NCBI GenBank assembly: GCA_963665115.1
Contig: OY762007.1
Span: 8,448,001-8,512,000, forward strand
Direction of reading: 5' to 3'
DNA from: an uncultured Rivularia sp.
GTDB taxonomy: Bacteria; Cyanobacteriota; Cyanobacteriia; Cyanobacteriales; Nostocaceae
DNA length: 64,000 nucleotides
In this document: piece after piece, positions 54,014-64,000 of the stretch
How the letters are laid out: each line of letters begins with the position of its first letter
Numbering within the stretch: position 1 is the first letter of the stretch
Translations under genes and position numbers: made by a program
The notes under the pieces: model-generated
What the model was told of the DNA's origin: nothing
The model's input: the letters and a program-made list of their open reading frames with translations, nothing else
Databases searched by the model: none

Positions 54014-54590
54014 TTGGGGATTGGGAATGGGGGATTGGTAATTGGTAATTGGTAATTGGTAATTGGGTAAAAAGCGACTGGTAAATTTTTCTTGTAGGGT
54101 GTGTGACGCTACGAGAAATTTTGAACGTAGTTACAAGCTTTTTAGCGTCACGCACCACCCGAAAATTATAACTATTTTTAGCTTGTTATAACTGCGAATT
54201 TATTAAATACGATGGCTATATACAGCATATTTCATCTTTGTGTGGTACATTCGGACGGGCAGGGATGCCCATCCCACAAGAGTTTTGTAATATGAGGCTG
54301 TACCTCACTTGTTTGCAAAGTGCTGTAAATATAGATAAAGTGCGGATAATCAAAGATGTTAATATCTTAATCCTGAAAGAACCATCATCTAACTTTCTAT
54401 TAAGGTGTACCTCAATTGAATTATGGGACAATGATAAATTTAAATCATACGATTCGGAATTATGCCGTAAACTGCGTGAAAAAAGATATGGTGTTAGAAA
54501 ACCAATAATGTCTGTTGAAGAATTACCGTAATTATCAATTACCAATTATCAATTACCAATTACCAACTACCAATCCCCAATCCCCAATAC

Positions 54591-55805
54591 TTAATCCAAA
54601 ACTGCCAAAACCTGTTTAGGCAATAACTTATCTTTAAACCAAACTATTTTCGCGGGGACATTCTCTAATTTGACTCCGGCTTTATCTAAGTTTAAACGTT
54701 CGGAAATTGCTAAAATTAAATCGTTCCGTTCGGCTGTTCTAACCTGATAAAATTTCTTTTGTAAATATTCTGGTCGCCAGTATCCAACTATTTCTAATAA
54801 ATAGGTTCTACCGTCGGGATGAACTAAGCGAAAATCGGGAATCATCACGCTACCAGGAATCGGAATTAAATCAACTTCACGCTCTAATACCCATTCGGTT
54901 TTTGCTGAATTCCATTTATTAACAAAAGACGCTTCCAACATACTATCGTATTCTTTTGCTGGTGGATAGTGAGACACCAAACTGCATTCGGAATTGAGCG
55001 TAAAACGTCCGGTTTTCCAATTACCAGAATAAAAATCTTTGACTTGTAAGGTTGCTGCTAAACTCCATCTCGTGACGTGAAGTAAAGCCGGAATTAACTT
55101 GGCGATCGCCAGTCCATATCGCGTACTAGGATTAAATAAACTCGTAGGGCCATCAACAGTAATTGTAAACCCGTGGTCGGCATCTCCTTCGATATAAGAC
55201 ATCAATTGAAACAATTTAAGATAGCGAAATAAAATCTTATATTCACCAGGAGTATTACGGTGAGCATTTATGATTAATTGACTGGCTTTATAGAAAATAC
55301 CTTGAACTTGTGAAAGATTATATCTATGTAACAAAGCTTCTGGAGTCGGAGCGTCAAAAGCGGTTAAAATTTTGTTTTCATTCAAGTCAGCATACAAACC
55401 CTTACTAACTTGTTCCGGTAAAACTTCCTTATCGAGTTCGTGACTTAATTGATCGGCAACTGTTCTCAACGTAAACTTAGCAGTATCGCGACTGGCAACA
55501 GATTTTGCAGCACTAGCGAACACCCTTTCACGTAACATCGGAGGTTCCAAAGGACTTACGACTTCAAAAGTAGAAAAACTGCTTTTAAGAATATGAGCTA
55601 AACCTCGTTTAATTTTATAATCCGTATTATCCCCTTCCATTTCAGCCAGCCGACGTTCAAGTTCACCGTATCGTTCACCAACAGCTTTTTTATAGCAATC
55701 AATCAACTCAACCGCTAACTTTAAATGGAATTTATCAATATTTAATCGCTTTGGAATAATTTGTTCGCCATTTTGACGAAACATCAGTAAATCAGTTGGC
55801 AGCAT
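54591..55805 (-). CDS. DUF790 (Bax1-like) endonuclease
   Basis: YADL.EN, DGPTSLF..STRYG, YDSMLE, IPDF..LEIVGYW. Confidence 0.9.
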   Translation of the reverse strand: MLPTDLLMFRQNGEQIIPKRLNIDKFHLKLAVELIDCYKKAVGERYGELERRLAEMEGDNTDYKIKRGLAHILKSSFSTFEVVSPLEPPMLRERVFASAAKSVASRDTAKFTLRTVADQLSHELDKEVLPEQVSKGLYADLNENKILTAFDAPTPEALLHRYNLSQVQGIFYKASQLIINAHRNTPGEYKILFRYLKLFQLMSYIEGDADHGFTITVDGPTSLFNPSTRYGLAIAKLIPALLHVTRWSLAATLQVKDFYSGNWKTGRFTLNSECSLVSHYPPAKEYDSMLEASFVNKWNSAKTEWVLEREVDLIPIPGSVMIPDFRLVHPDGRTYLLEIVGYWRPEYLQKKFYQVRTAERNDLILAISERLNLDKAGVKLENVPAKIVWFKDKLLPKQVLAVLD

Positions 55806-55900
55806 GAATCAATTATCAATTATCAGTTATCAATGGGGAATTGGGCATTGGGCGTTGTTAATTGGTAATTAGTAATTGCTTTCTTCCCCATCTCTTCATG

Positions 55901-56098
55901 TTAATTCTCAAAGTCTGTCTCTTCAATGATTTCTAATGCATAAAAAAGTGCTGCATCTGCATCGGTAAGGGTAGTGCTACCATTTTTAGTCAGATGCTTA
56001 TTAATAACTCTCCAAGCATTTGGATGGCTTTTCCTAAACTTTTGTAATGCATCGAAAACTGGGCGTAAATCCTGATGTAATTCTTGTTTTTTATTCAT
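55901..56098 (-). CDS. Small hypothetical protein (about 65 aa)
   Basis: MNKKQELHQDLRPVFDAL...; same strand as both neighbours, between repeat tracts. Confidence 0.55.
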   Translation of the reverse strand: MNKKQELHQDLRPVFDALQKFRKSHPNAWRVINKHLTKNGSTTLTDADAALFYALEIIEETDFEN

Positions 56099-56225
56099 GA
56101 TGTAATTGGTAATTGGTAATTGGTAATTGATATTGGGAGGAGACGAAAATCTCTTCACTACTCCTAACTCCTAACTCTTAACTCCTAATTCTTCCCCCTC
56201 TCCCCCTCTTCCCCTTCTTCCCCCT

Positions 56226-57749
56226 CTAATCTTCATCCTCTTCCCAAATATTCATCTGCTTATTCCGAGTTTTATATTTACCTTCGGACTTCTTCTCGGC
56301 TGCTTTATAACTTCTTCCTCCACCGTTTCCATACACCACCTGTAACCCGGTTCCATCTCTGCGTTCTCTGTGCCTCTGCGTATCAACTCCTCTGCGCCTT
56401 TCTGATGTTCTTTCTTCGCTAGTATCTTCCGCAATTACTTCGTATAAAATAGCGTGTTTGTTCTTCGTATTACCTTTTCTCAAAACTCTTCCCAATCTCT
56501 GAATATATTCCCTCGCCGAACCCGTTCCCGACAATATAATTGCGATGCTGGCTGCGGGTACGTCTACGCCTTCGTTCAGTACGTGAGAGGCTACCAGAGA
56601 TTTGTATTCGCCTTCTTTAAATTTGGTTAGTATCGCGTGTCTTTCCTTTACTGGGGTTTGATGGGTAATTGCGGGAATCAAAAATTCGTTGGAAATTCGA
56701 TAAACTGTGGTGTTGTCGGCGGTAAAAATTAACACTCGCTCTGGATAATGTTTTGCTAATAAATCTGCTAAAATTCTGATTTTCCCATCGGTACCCAAAG
56801 CGATTTCCTTGGCTTCACGATGGGCTAACATAGCACGTCTTCCAGCTTGAGATTTAGCACTCATCTGCACGAATCTTTGCCAACCTTGAATGCTTCCCAA
56901 GGAGATTTTAGAATCTTTTAAAAAATCGTTGCGGGTTTGCATCAATTCGCTGTATCTTTCCCGCTCTACCTTAGATAACTTAACTTTAATTTGAACGATT
57001 TCGTGTTCTGCTAAAGCTTTACCAGCTAAATCTTCGGCTCTTTTACGATAAACTTCCCTACCAATGAGATAGTTTAAATCGGCGTGTTTGCCGTCAGTGC
57101 GCTCTGGTGTTGCACTCAGCCCTAATCGATAAGGTGCGATCGCAAATTCGGCAACAACTTTATTAAAATCGGTTGGTAAATGATGACACTCATCAAAAAT
57201 TATCAGCGCATATTGATTTCCTAACGTTTCTGCATGAATTGCAGCACTATCATAGGTAGAAACTAGTATGGGTGTTCTATCCTTGGAGCCACCACCGAGC
57301 AAACCTATTTGCACGTCGGGAAAAGCAGCTTCCAAATGAGCGTACCATTGATGCATTAAATCTAAAGTTGGTACCACAATTAATGTAGTGCGGGGGGTAG
57401 ATTCCATCGCTAGCTGTGCCAGATAAGTCTTCCCTGCTGCGGTAGGAAGCACAACAACACCTTGTCTTTTTGCTAACTTCCAAGCCTTTAGAGCTTCACT
57501 TTGATGGGGATAAGGTTCCATCACCAAACCCGGAATCATTTCAACAGGATAAAATTCCTTAGCCTCATCAACAAAATCCGTTTTTTCTGCTTGTAAAGCT
57601 TCCACCAAACGACGGTATTCAATCGCTTTGATGCGGAATTTTTCTACTCTGTCATCCCACGTTGCAAAATCCATCCATGCCTTACCGCGTGGAGGTGGAT
57701 GTAAAATTAAAGTACCGCGATTAAATGTTAGCTTTGGTATTCGACCCAT
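56226..57749 (-). CDS. XPB/Rad25-like SF2 helicase
   Basis: LPTAAGKT, DECHHL, LSAT, EGVDVP, QRLGR. Confidence 0.92.
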   Translation of the reverse strand: MGRIPKLTFNRGTLILHPPPRGKAWMDFATWDDRVEKFRIKAIEYRRLVEALQAEKTDFVDEAKEFYPVEMIPGLVMEPYPHQSEALKAWKLAKRQGVVVLPTAAGKTYLAQLAMESTPRTTLIVVPTLDLMHQWYAHLEAAFPDVQIGLLGGGSKDRTPILVSTYDSAAIHAETLGNQYALIIFDECHHLPTDFNKVVAEFAIAPYRLGLSATPERTDGKHADLNYLIGREVYRKRAEDLAGKALAEHEIVQIKVKLSKVERERYSELMQTRNDFLKDSKISLGSIQGWQRFVQMSAKSQAGRRAMLAHREAKEIALGTDGKIRILADLLAKHYPERVLIFTADNTTVYRISNEFLIPAITHQTPVKERHAILTKFKEGEYKSLVASHVLNEGVDVPAASIAIILSGTGSAREYIQRLGRVLRKGNTKNKHAILYEVIAEDTSEERTSERRRGVDTQRHRERRDGTGLQVVYGNGGGRSYKAAEKKSEGKYKTRNKQMNIWEEDED

Positions 57750-58547
57750 TTAGAGTTTACCCAACTCTTTGATATTTTTACTAATACCTCATAACGGTGC
57801 ATAATTAATCACCAAAACCAAAATTGAACTCAAATTTAATCTTAAAAATCTTTTATGAATTCAGGATAATTACAGACAAATGTCAGAAGAAATGTTTTTT
57901 ATCTAACTAACTAAATATGAAAAACACTGAATTTAATTAAATCTGTAGATAATAGGTTGGGTTAGACACGATTTGTCAATCTTATGCATTATACCATTCT
58001 CAACGAGCCTTTAGAAACCCGGTTTATTGTTGATTACACAACGTAAAAATCGTGTTTTTACAAAAAGAAACGGGGTTTATGACACTGGTACAAAATGTGA
58101 ATCAATTCCAACTTGCAATCAGAATTTATGTTAATCATGTCGCAACCTAACACCACGTTTGCAGACTAAGATTATTATTCTAGAGGATAATCTTATATTT
58201 AATTGCAATAATTCCAACTGTTGAGAAACCCGTTTTTCTTTGAAAAATCGGGTTTCTGAATTTTCACAAATTATTTAGCTAGTATCAGTGTGTTAGCATA
58301 AATGGTAACGCACTAATAGGTAATAATTTGGTGCATTACAATATTTCAGCTAACACACTCTACTTAACTTAACATTTTTTAAAAATTAAGCAAGTAGCAA
58401 AAATCATACTAGAATTGCACCTACGTAAACTTTGTCTAACGATAAACTGCACTTGCACTAAAATTTTTTCCTACTCGTTACTCGCTATTCCCTACTCCCC
58501 ATTACAATTAGAATTAATAAACAAAATTCATTATAATTATTACTAAA

Positions 58548-60394
58548 GTGTCTGAATCTTTGTCATTACGGGATAAGTATCTGGCTTTAATCGATGAAAT
58601 TGTCCAAGCTACCCTAAAAGGAAAAATTAGCTCTCAAGGGCAAGTATATCAAATGCTGCTCAAGGGCGTTAGCGTGGGGACTGGAGAAGTATTTGAGTTA
58701 GTTTTGAGCGAAATTTTCGATTCTACAACTTTTCAGGTAGAAGCTCAAGCTGATGAATTTAAACAAGCCAAGGCTACCCGTAGTTTAAGAGCATTAAAGA
58801 CAATTCAGACGCAATGGAAGCAAGTTGAAGAACAAAATAAAGCTACAGAATCAATTTTATCTGCTGCTAGAGAAATTACAACAGCACCAGAAAACGAACG
58901 TCTAACTATATTTTTAAGCGTTACCGATCCTAACCGCAAGCATCCTTTAACTCAAAAACAACTCCAGCAGTTAGCAAAATCGTTACAAAAAAATGCGGAG
59001 ACTTTCAAATTAGATTATTTATCAGAATTTGCTCAAGGAATTACTCGCGGCATTAGCTCTTGGGGGAAATTGCAGCAACATTTGATCAGCTGGATGTACG
59101 AACAAAATCGCGCATCGATAGGATTTGGTGGAGTATACCGGGAGAAAATGGTCCTTGGGCAACTTGGGGAAAACAAGTTGATGGGGAATTTAGTAAAGGA
59201 TTATTTAATACTTTAGCCAAACAAGAATCTCCTGTAGAATTTGCTCAAAGTCATCGTAGTATTAGTTTAAGCGACTGGGTTGAATTAACATTAAGTTTGC
59301 AATTTTTGCAGCGAGGATTAGTTAATTGGTTCGATCAACAAGCTTACAATGTCAAAGCTGGTTCTAACTTATCAATTTCAACTTTTTTAACCTTTTCTGT
59401 TATTTGGAGTCAATTAGGAAACGGTTTTGGTGCCGATACTTCCTATGGTAGTGCGGCTTGGCAGATAGTGTTACAAATATTGCGAAACTTTTCTCAAAGA
59501 CCGTATTTTCCTTTATATGGTGGCATCTTCGCTTCGTTTTCAGGTGATTATTTAAAAGGTGCGCTTTCCTATTTAGATGAACCTTTACAAAGAGTAGAAG
59601 GGACTCAAGAAAAAGCCAGAATTTTGACAATTTTAGGTTATTCTCAAAGAGCATTAGGACAATATGAAAGTTCGGTCAAATTTCATCAGCAAGCCTTAGA
59701 AATAGCTCGTAATGCTGAAGATAAAGCTTGTGAAATTGCCAACTTAAATCACCTTAGCCGTACTTTTGTTGAGCAGAAGAATTACACCGAAGCGATAAAT
59801 AATTCTCAACGAGCATTGATATTAAGTAGACAAGCAGGAGATAAAATTTCTGAAGCAAATGCTTTAGCGAATTTAGGCTATAGCGAAGTCATGCAGGCTC
59901 AAGAATCGGAAGAGGAAGCAGATTATGAAATGGCGATCAATTATCTGCAACAAGGTTTGAATTTATCGGAAAAATTGGGCGATTTGCAAAGTAAAGCTTT
60001 GTGTTTAAGTAGTTTGGGTGTAGCTTATATAGTTACCGAGCAAGCCTCAAAAGCAATCAAAAGTTTAGAAGAAGGTTTTAAGACGGCGCAAACTTCAGGA
60101 GATTTGTATTTACAAGGTTTAAATTTAACTAATTTAGCCGAAGCGAACTACAGTTTAGCCAATTTTGAAAGAGCGATTTATACAGCGTCATTAGGAATGT
60201 ATATACTCAATCAAATAGCTTCGCGAGAATGGCATAAACCAGCAAGATTACTATCAATTTTGCAAAATCAATTGGGAGAAGAAGGATTTAAAAAATCATT
60301 AGCAAACAATCGTCCCAAGATGATTTCTTTTATCGGTGTAGATGGTTACGATCATATTCCCCAATTGATAGAAGAGTATCGCAGGAATTCATAA
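58548..60394 (+). CDS. TPR repeat protein (frameshift near 59135)
   Basis: Two overlapping ORFs join as IGFGGV/PGENGPWATW; C-terminal TPRs. Confidence 0.8.
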
Positions 60395-60562
60395 TTGCTT
60401 GTAGTTGCGCTTCAGCGCCTCTTATATCAAGATTGTAGGAGAGGCAAATTGCGGTGTAGATTAACTTCGGGCAATATTGCCCTTGTGTTACGACATCGAA
60501 GTTATTTATTAGAGGTAATAAATTTAAATAGTCGTAACGCACCATTTAACTTAAGGAGAAAT

Positions 60563-61234
60563 TTATTTTATAAAAGAATCTAACCTGAAATTATCTATAA
60601 ATTCACCATTTACAATTAATTTGGGTTCTCCATATACCTCAGATTTAACTCCATCAATAACAACCCAATCGGAATCTTTACAAACTAGTATTGCACTACA
60701 GTCTTGCTTAGATTTATTTATTACATCTTTATTTACCACATTTCTAGAAGCATGAGGTACATAATGAAAGTTTATTAAACCTAAACCTTTAGTATCCTTT
60801 AATCCAATATAATTTTCATCACCACACAATGCTGACTCGCTAATATCTGGAGTCATTAGTATAGAGCCAGCGCTAACTCCTATAAGTACTCCTCCTGAAT
60901 TTATATATTCAAATAATTGCTTATCCAATCCGCGTTTAACAATCCAAAACAAAAAACGAAAAGTATTTCCACCCGATAAATGTATTGCATCAGCTTGAAA
61001 AATAAGCTCTATAATATCACTATTGAATCCGTCTTCTAAATCCGTATAAGGATTAAGATTAGCGTTTAATTTAGAATAATACTCTTTAGTTTCATTATAA
61101 TATTTCCGCATTAAATCTGGACACGATGATATGTAACCCACAGTTGGTTTATTTTTTCCGATAAGCTCAATTAACCGAGTTTCAACCTCTTGTGCATTAA
61201 CATATTTATAGTCGCTAAATAGTACAAGCTTCAT
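60563..61234 (-). CDS. Peptidase S51 (peptidase E-like)
   Basis: LSGGNT, GVSAGS, YVPH. Confidence 0.88.
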   Translation of the reverse strand: MKLVLFSDYKYVNAQEVETRLIELIGKNKPTVGYISSCPDLMRKYYNETKEYYSKLNANLNPYTDLEDGFNSDIIELIFQADAIHLSGGNTFRFLFWIVKRGLDKQLFEYINSGGVLIGVSAGSILMTPDISESALCGDENYIGLKDTKGLGLINFHYVPHASRNVVNKDVINKSKQDCSAILVCKDSDWVVIDGVKSEVYGEPKLIVNGEFIDNFRLDSFIK

Positions 61235-61308
61235 GATATTTTTTATATATAAAACTATCCGGTTTTAAGTATAGATGTAATCAAGCGCTAAAGCGCAACT
61301 ACCAACCT

Positions 61309-62280
61309 ATGACTAAAATAATTTTCGATACAGATCCTGGTGGTGATGACATATTCGCTTTATTGTGGCTGCTAAGCTTGCAAAAACAAGGTTTAGCAGA
61401 GTTAATCGCAGTTACTACCGCTGAAGGCAATATCAATTCTAAATTGACTTTTATTAATGCTAGTAAAGTTTTGAGTTTAGCAGGTTTTGAACAAGTAGAA
61501 TTAGCGCGAGGTGTAACGGTAAAAAATCCTCAAGCCGATGCTGCTTATATTCACGGTTTGGATGGTATGGGTAATATATCAAATAATTTACCCGCAGCTA
61601 AACATGATTTCGATAGTGCGATTTATTCCGATGACTTAATTATAGATAAACTTAATGCTCATCCTGGAAAAATTACCATCCTCGCAGTTGCACCTTTAAC
61701 TAATTTAGCTGCTGCTGAAACTAAATGTCCCGGTATTCTAAGAAAAGCGAAAGAAATAGTGATTATGGGAGGTGCTTTCAAAGTACCAGGAAACGTTACT
61801 CCTCACGCCGAATTTAATATTTTTTATAATCCCGAAGCCGCTGAAAAAGTATTTGCTAGCTGCAATAATATTGTAGTTTTACCTTTAGATATTACCGAAC
61901 AATTACTTTTTACTCCAGAAATGGCAGAGGATATTGTAAGTAATTCTAAAAGTAATTTAACTAAATTTATATCTGATTTGTGTAAGTTTATGACAGAAAC
62001 TAACTTACGGCATCGTCAAACTAAAGGAATAAAAGGTTTTCTCCTTCATGATGGTGCTGCTGTCGCTTATCTTTTTTATCCCGAAACTCTACTCTTTCGT
62101 CGTGCTCAAGTAGATATTGAAACTAAAGGCGATCGCACTTTGGGTAAAACTCTTTTTGATGAGAGATTTACAGCTAAAACTGATGCTAATGCTTGGGTTG
62201 CGCTACAGGTTGACAAGGAAGGTTTGTTGGCTAGTTTGCTTGAGGATTTTAATTTTTTGTGTATGCAAAATGGATTTTAA
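61309..62280 (+). CDS. Inosine-uridine nucleoside hydrolase
   Basis: DTDPGGDD, PLTNLA, AEFNI..PEAA, LHD. Confidence 0.92.
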   Translation: MTKIIFDTDPGGDDIFALLWLLSLQKQGLAELIAVTTAEGNINSKLTFINASKVLSLAGFEQVELARGVTVKNPQADAAYIHGLDGMGNISNNLPAAKHDFDSAIYSDDLIIDKLNAHPGKITILAVAPLTNLAAAETKCPGILRKAKEIVIMGGAFKVPGNVTPHAEFNIFYNPEAAEKVFASCNNIVVLPLDITEQLLFTPEMAEDIVSNSKSNLTKFISDLCKFMTETNLRHRQTKGIKGFLLHDGAAVAYLFYPETLLFRRAQVDIETKGDRTLGKTLFDERFTAKTDANAWVALQVDKEGLLASLLEDFNFLCMQNGF

Positions 62281-62565
62281 ACGCAAAGGAACACAGAGGT
62301 TTAAAAAAGAATGATATTAACCGTAATTTTTTAGTTAACTGTATTTAATAGAACTTTACTTCTACTGATGTCACGAGTAAAAGTAAAGGTGTTTGACTTA
62401 ACTTAAATCAGGAAAAATTGATAATTAAATAATTAGTATGCCTTTTAGGGTAGTTGTAGCTGGTGCTAAATATACTATAGGATGATGTCAAAATACTCGG
62501 TTGCGGAATAAATTAAGAAAGTGAGAAAATCTAATCCAAGTTTAAAAGTTATGTATATCTAAATT

Positions 62566-63579
62566 ATGAAAAGCCTTGCATCGCATTATCAAAAAATCAA
62601 GGAAAACCTCAAGTCTCGTTTGGATGCTGTAAATACAGTTGAGGAAGTAGTAATAGTTGTTAGAGATGAAATAAACCAGCTTACCGATCTTAACGGTGAA
62701 TATATCAAAGAATTAACTCCACCGCAAGCACGTTTGGCTCGAAATATGTTGGGGGGAATGCAAGAAAATATTCAGATATTAGCTTCTGTTGAATTACAAG
62801 ATTTAAGTATAAAGGTTTCAGAAAAGTCTTTTGATATTTCTGATGTGCAAGCGGAGTTGAATAAAAACATTTTATCACCTTTGAGCAATGCGATTCAAAC
62901 TCAAAAAAATATTCAAAATTGGACATCACCTAATTATTATAAACAGATAGTTTTACAACCTTTACAAAAAAGTCGCGTTGTCATCAGCAGCTTGTTAGCA
63001 GCAGGTTTAGCGGGTACTTTGGAAGGAGGAATCACTTGGGGTTTGGTGGGAGCAGCAATCGGTTTAATTTCCGGTGGTGTGTTTAGTCAGGTTGTGAAAC
63101 AAAAGCAATTACCTGGTGTAGGTTCTAATTTGCTGGAAGAAGTTATTCAAAATAAACCTAAAATAATTATAGATACTAATAAATTACTTAATTATTTATC
63201 CCAGAATTTTCAATCGATTGACCAAACAGTTTTAGGTTACGGTGTAAAAGAAGAAAAGTCGTCGCAACCCAATTTAGAAAATAATTTAGATTTATTAGAA
63301 TATCTCCAAGAATTAATGGCAGATGCGCTTGATGAAGAAACTAAATTACCAATTTCAGTACGCAGACGCATCGAACAAGCAATCACAATTTTAAGAAGTT
63401 ATGGCATTGAAGCGAAAATATATCAACCCGAACTTTCAACGAATAAAGCTTGGGATATGTTCTATTTTGAACCAAGTATCGATCCAAATATTACCGATTA
63501 TGTGACATTAAAACACGCTTTTGTGAAAGATGAAAAAGTGCTGTTGCCGGGAAGCGTTATTGAACCCTCATCTAATTAA
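62566..63579 (+). CDS. Hypothetical membrane protein with Gly-rich hairpin and GrpE-like C-terminal motif
   Basis: AAGLAGTLEGGITWGLVGAAIGLISGG; VTLKHAFVKDEKVLLPGSV. Confidence 0.6.
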   Translation: MKSLASHYQKIKENLKSRLDAVNTVEEVVIVVRDEINQLTDLNGEYIKELTPPQARLARNMLGGMQENIQILASVELQDLSIKVSEKSFDISDVQAELNKNILSPLSNAIQTQKNIQNWTSPNYYKQIVLQPLQKSRVVISSLLAAGLAGTLEGGITWGLVGAAIGLISGGVFSQVVKQKQLPGVGSNLLEEVIQNKPKIIIDTNKLLNYLSQNFQSIDQTVLGYGVKEEKSSQPNLENNLDLLEYLQELMADALDEETKLPISVRRRIEQAITILRSYGIEAKIYQPELSTNKAWDMFYFEPSIDPNITDYVTLKHAFVKDEKVLLPGSVIEPSSN

Positions 63580-63645
63580 ATAACAGAGGGAATGGGGAAC
63601 AGGGAATAGGGAATAGAGGAAAAATATAGGAGATAATATAAACAA

Positions 63646-64000
63646 ATGCAAGATTACCATAACACTAGAATAATTGGATTTGATTTAGGACATGGAGAAA
63701 CCGCTTTAACCTGGGTACGTGCCGATAATCAAGAGACAAATCCCCAAAGTTTATTAATCAATAATCGCAAAAGTCAAATAACTGCGATCGCGCATCATCC
63801 GCAACGGGGAATCATCATCGGTGAAATGGCTTGTCAGCTTGCAGATGCAACTCTTTTAGAAATCGCTTTTAAGACTAGAAAGTTTCAAGATTTATCTTAT
63901 CAAAAGACGATTGAAGAATTTGTCAACGCAATTTATCAGCATTTAATCGATACCAATCAAATTCAAACTGAAGACACCAATTACTTTTTTATCGGTTGCC
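63646..64000 (+). CDS. Atypical Hsp70/actin-like ATPase, partial at the window edge
   Basis: MQDYHNTRIIGFDLGHGETA phosphate-1 motif; frame open to the end of the window. Confidence 0.75.
   Translation, partial: MQDYHNTRIIGFDLGHGETALTWVRADNQETNPQSLLINNRKSQITAIAHHPQRGIIIGEMACQLADATLLEIAFKTRKFQDLSYQKTIEEFVNAIYQHLIDTNQIQTEDTNYFFIGC

Noticed and set aside
54216..54545. Opposing ORFs between the pentapeptide gene and DUF790
   Set aside because: Both run into repeat DNA and show no recognisable motif; at most an unidentified fragment.
57750..58540. Long intergenic region as an ncRNA locus
   Set aside because: Explained by stacked common dispersed palindromes (GAAACCCGG-type, TAGGTTGGGT-type) also seen near 47179, 49043, 6420 and 15025.

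Overview
Chromosomal window from a heterocyst-forming filamentous cyanobacterium (Nostocales; Rivularia/Calothrix-like is inference). Support: AT-rich background, frequent HIP1 GCGATCGC octamers, 7-nt STRR tandem repeats, patX with a DIF1 promoter, and the gifA-glnA-apcF arrangement. About 6.5-24.8 kb is a decayed accessory region around tRNA-Pro(GGG). It holds an intact IS66-type element splitting a nitrilase gene, a patchwork of metal-homeostasis gene fragments next to a MerR regulator, and a GC-rich sbtA-sbtB cassette behind a cmpA remnant. It also holds a nested mobile locus in which an intact tnpB IS200/IS605 element sits between an IscB-type omega (HEARO) RNA and a short IscB-like start. 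From about 24.9 kb on the window is mostly core genes: patX, gifA, glnA, apcF, tlyA, CP12, mcdAB, mlaD/mlaF, pyrC, a GAF histidine kinase, an XPB-like helicase with DUF790, and an atypical Hsp70 at the right edge. Several single-base frameshifts, including one in glnA, suggest assembly indel errors. No CRISPR array or rRNA was seen. All family assignments come from motif recognition by eye, not database searches.
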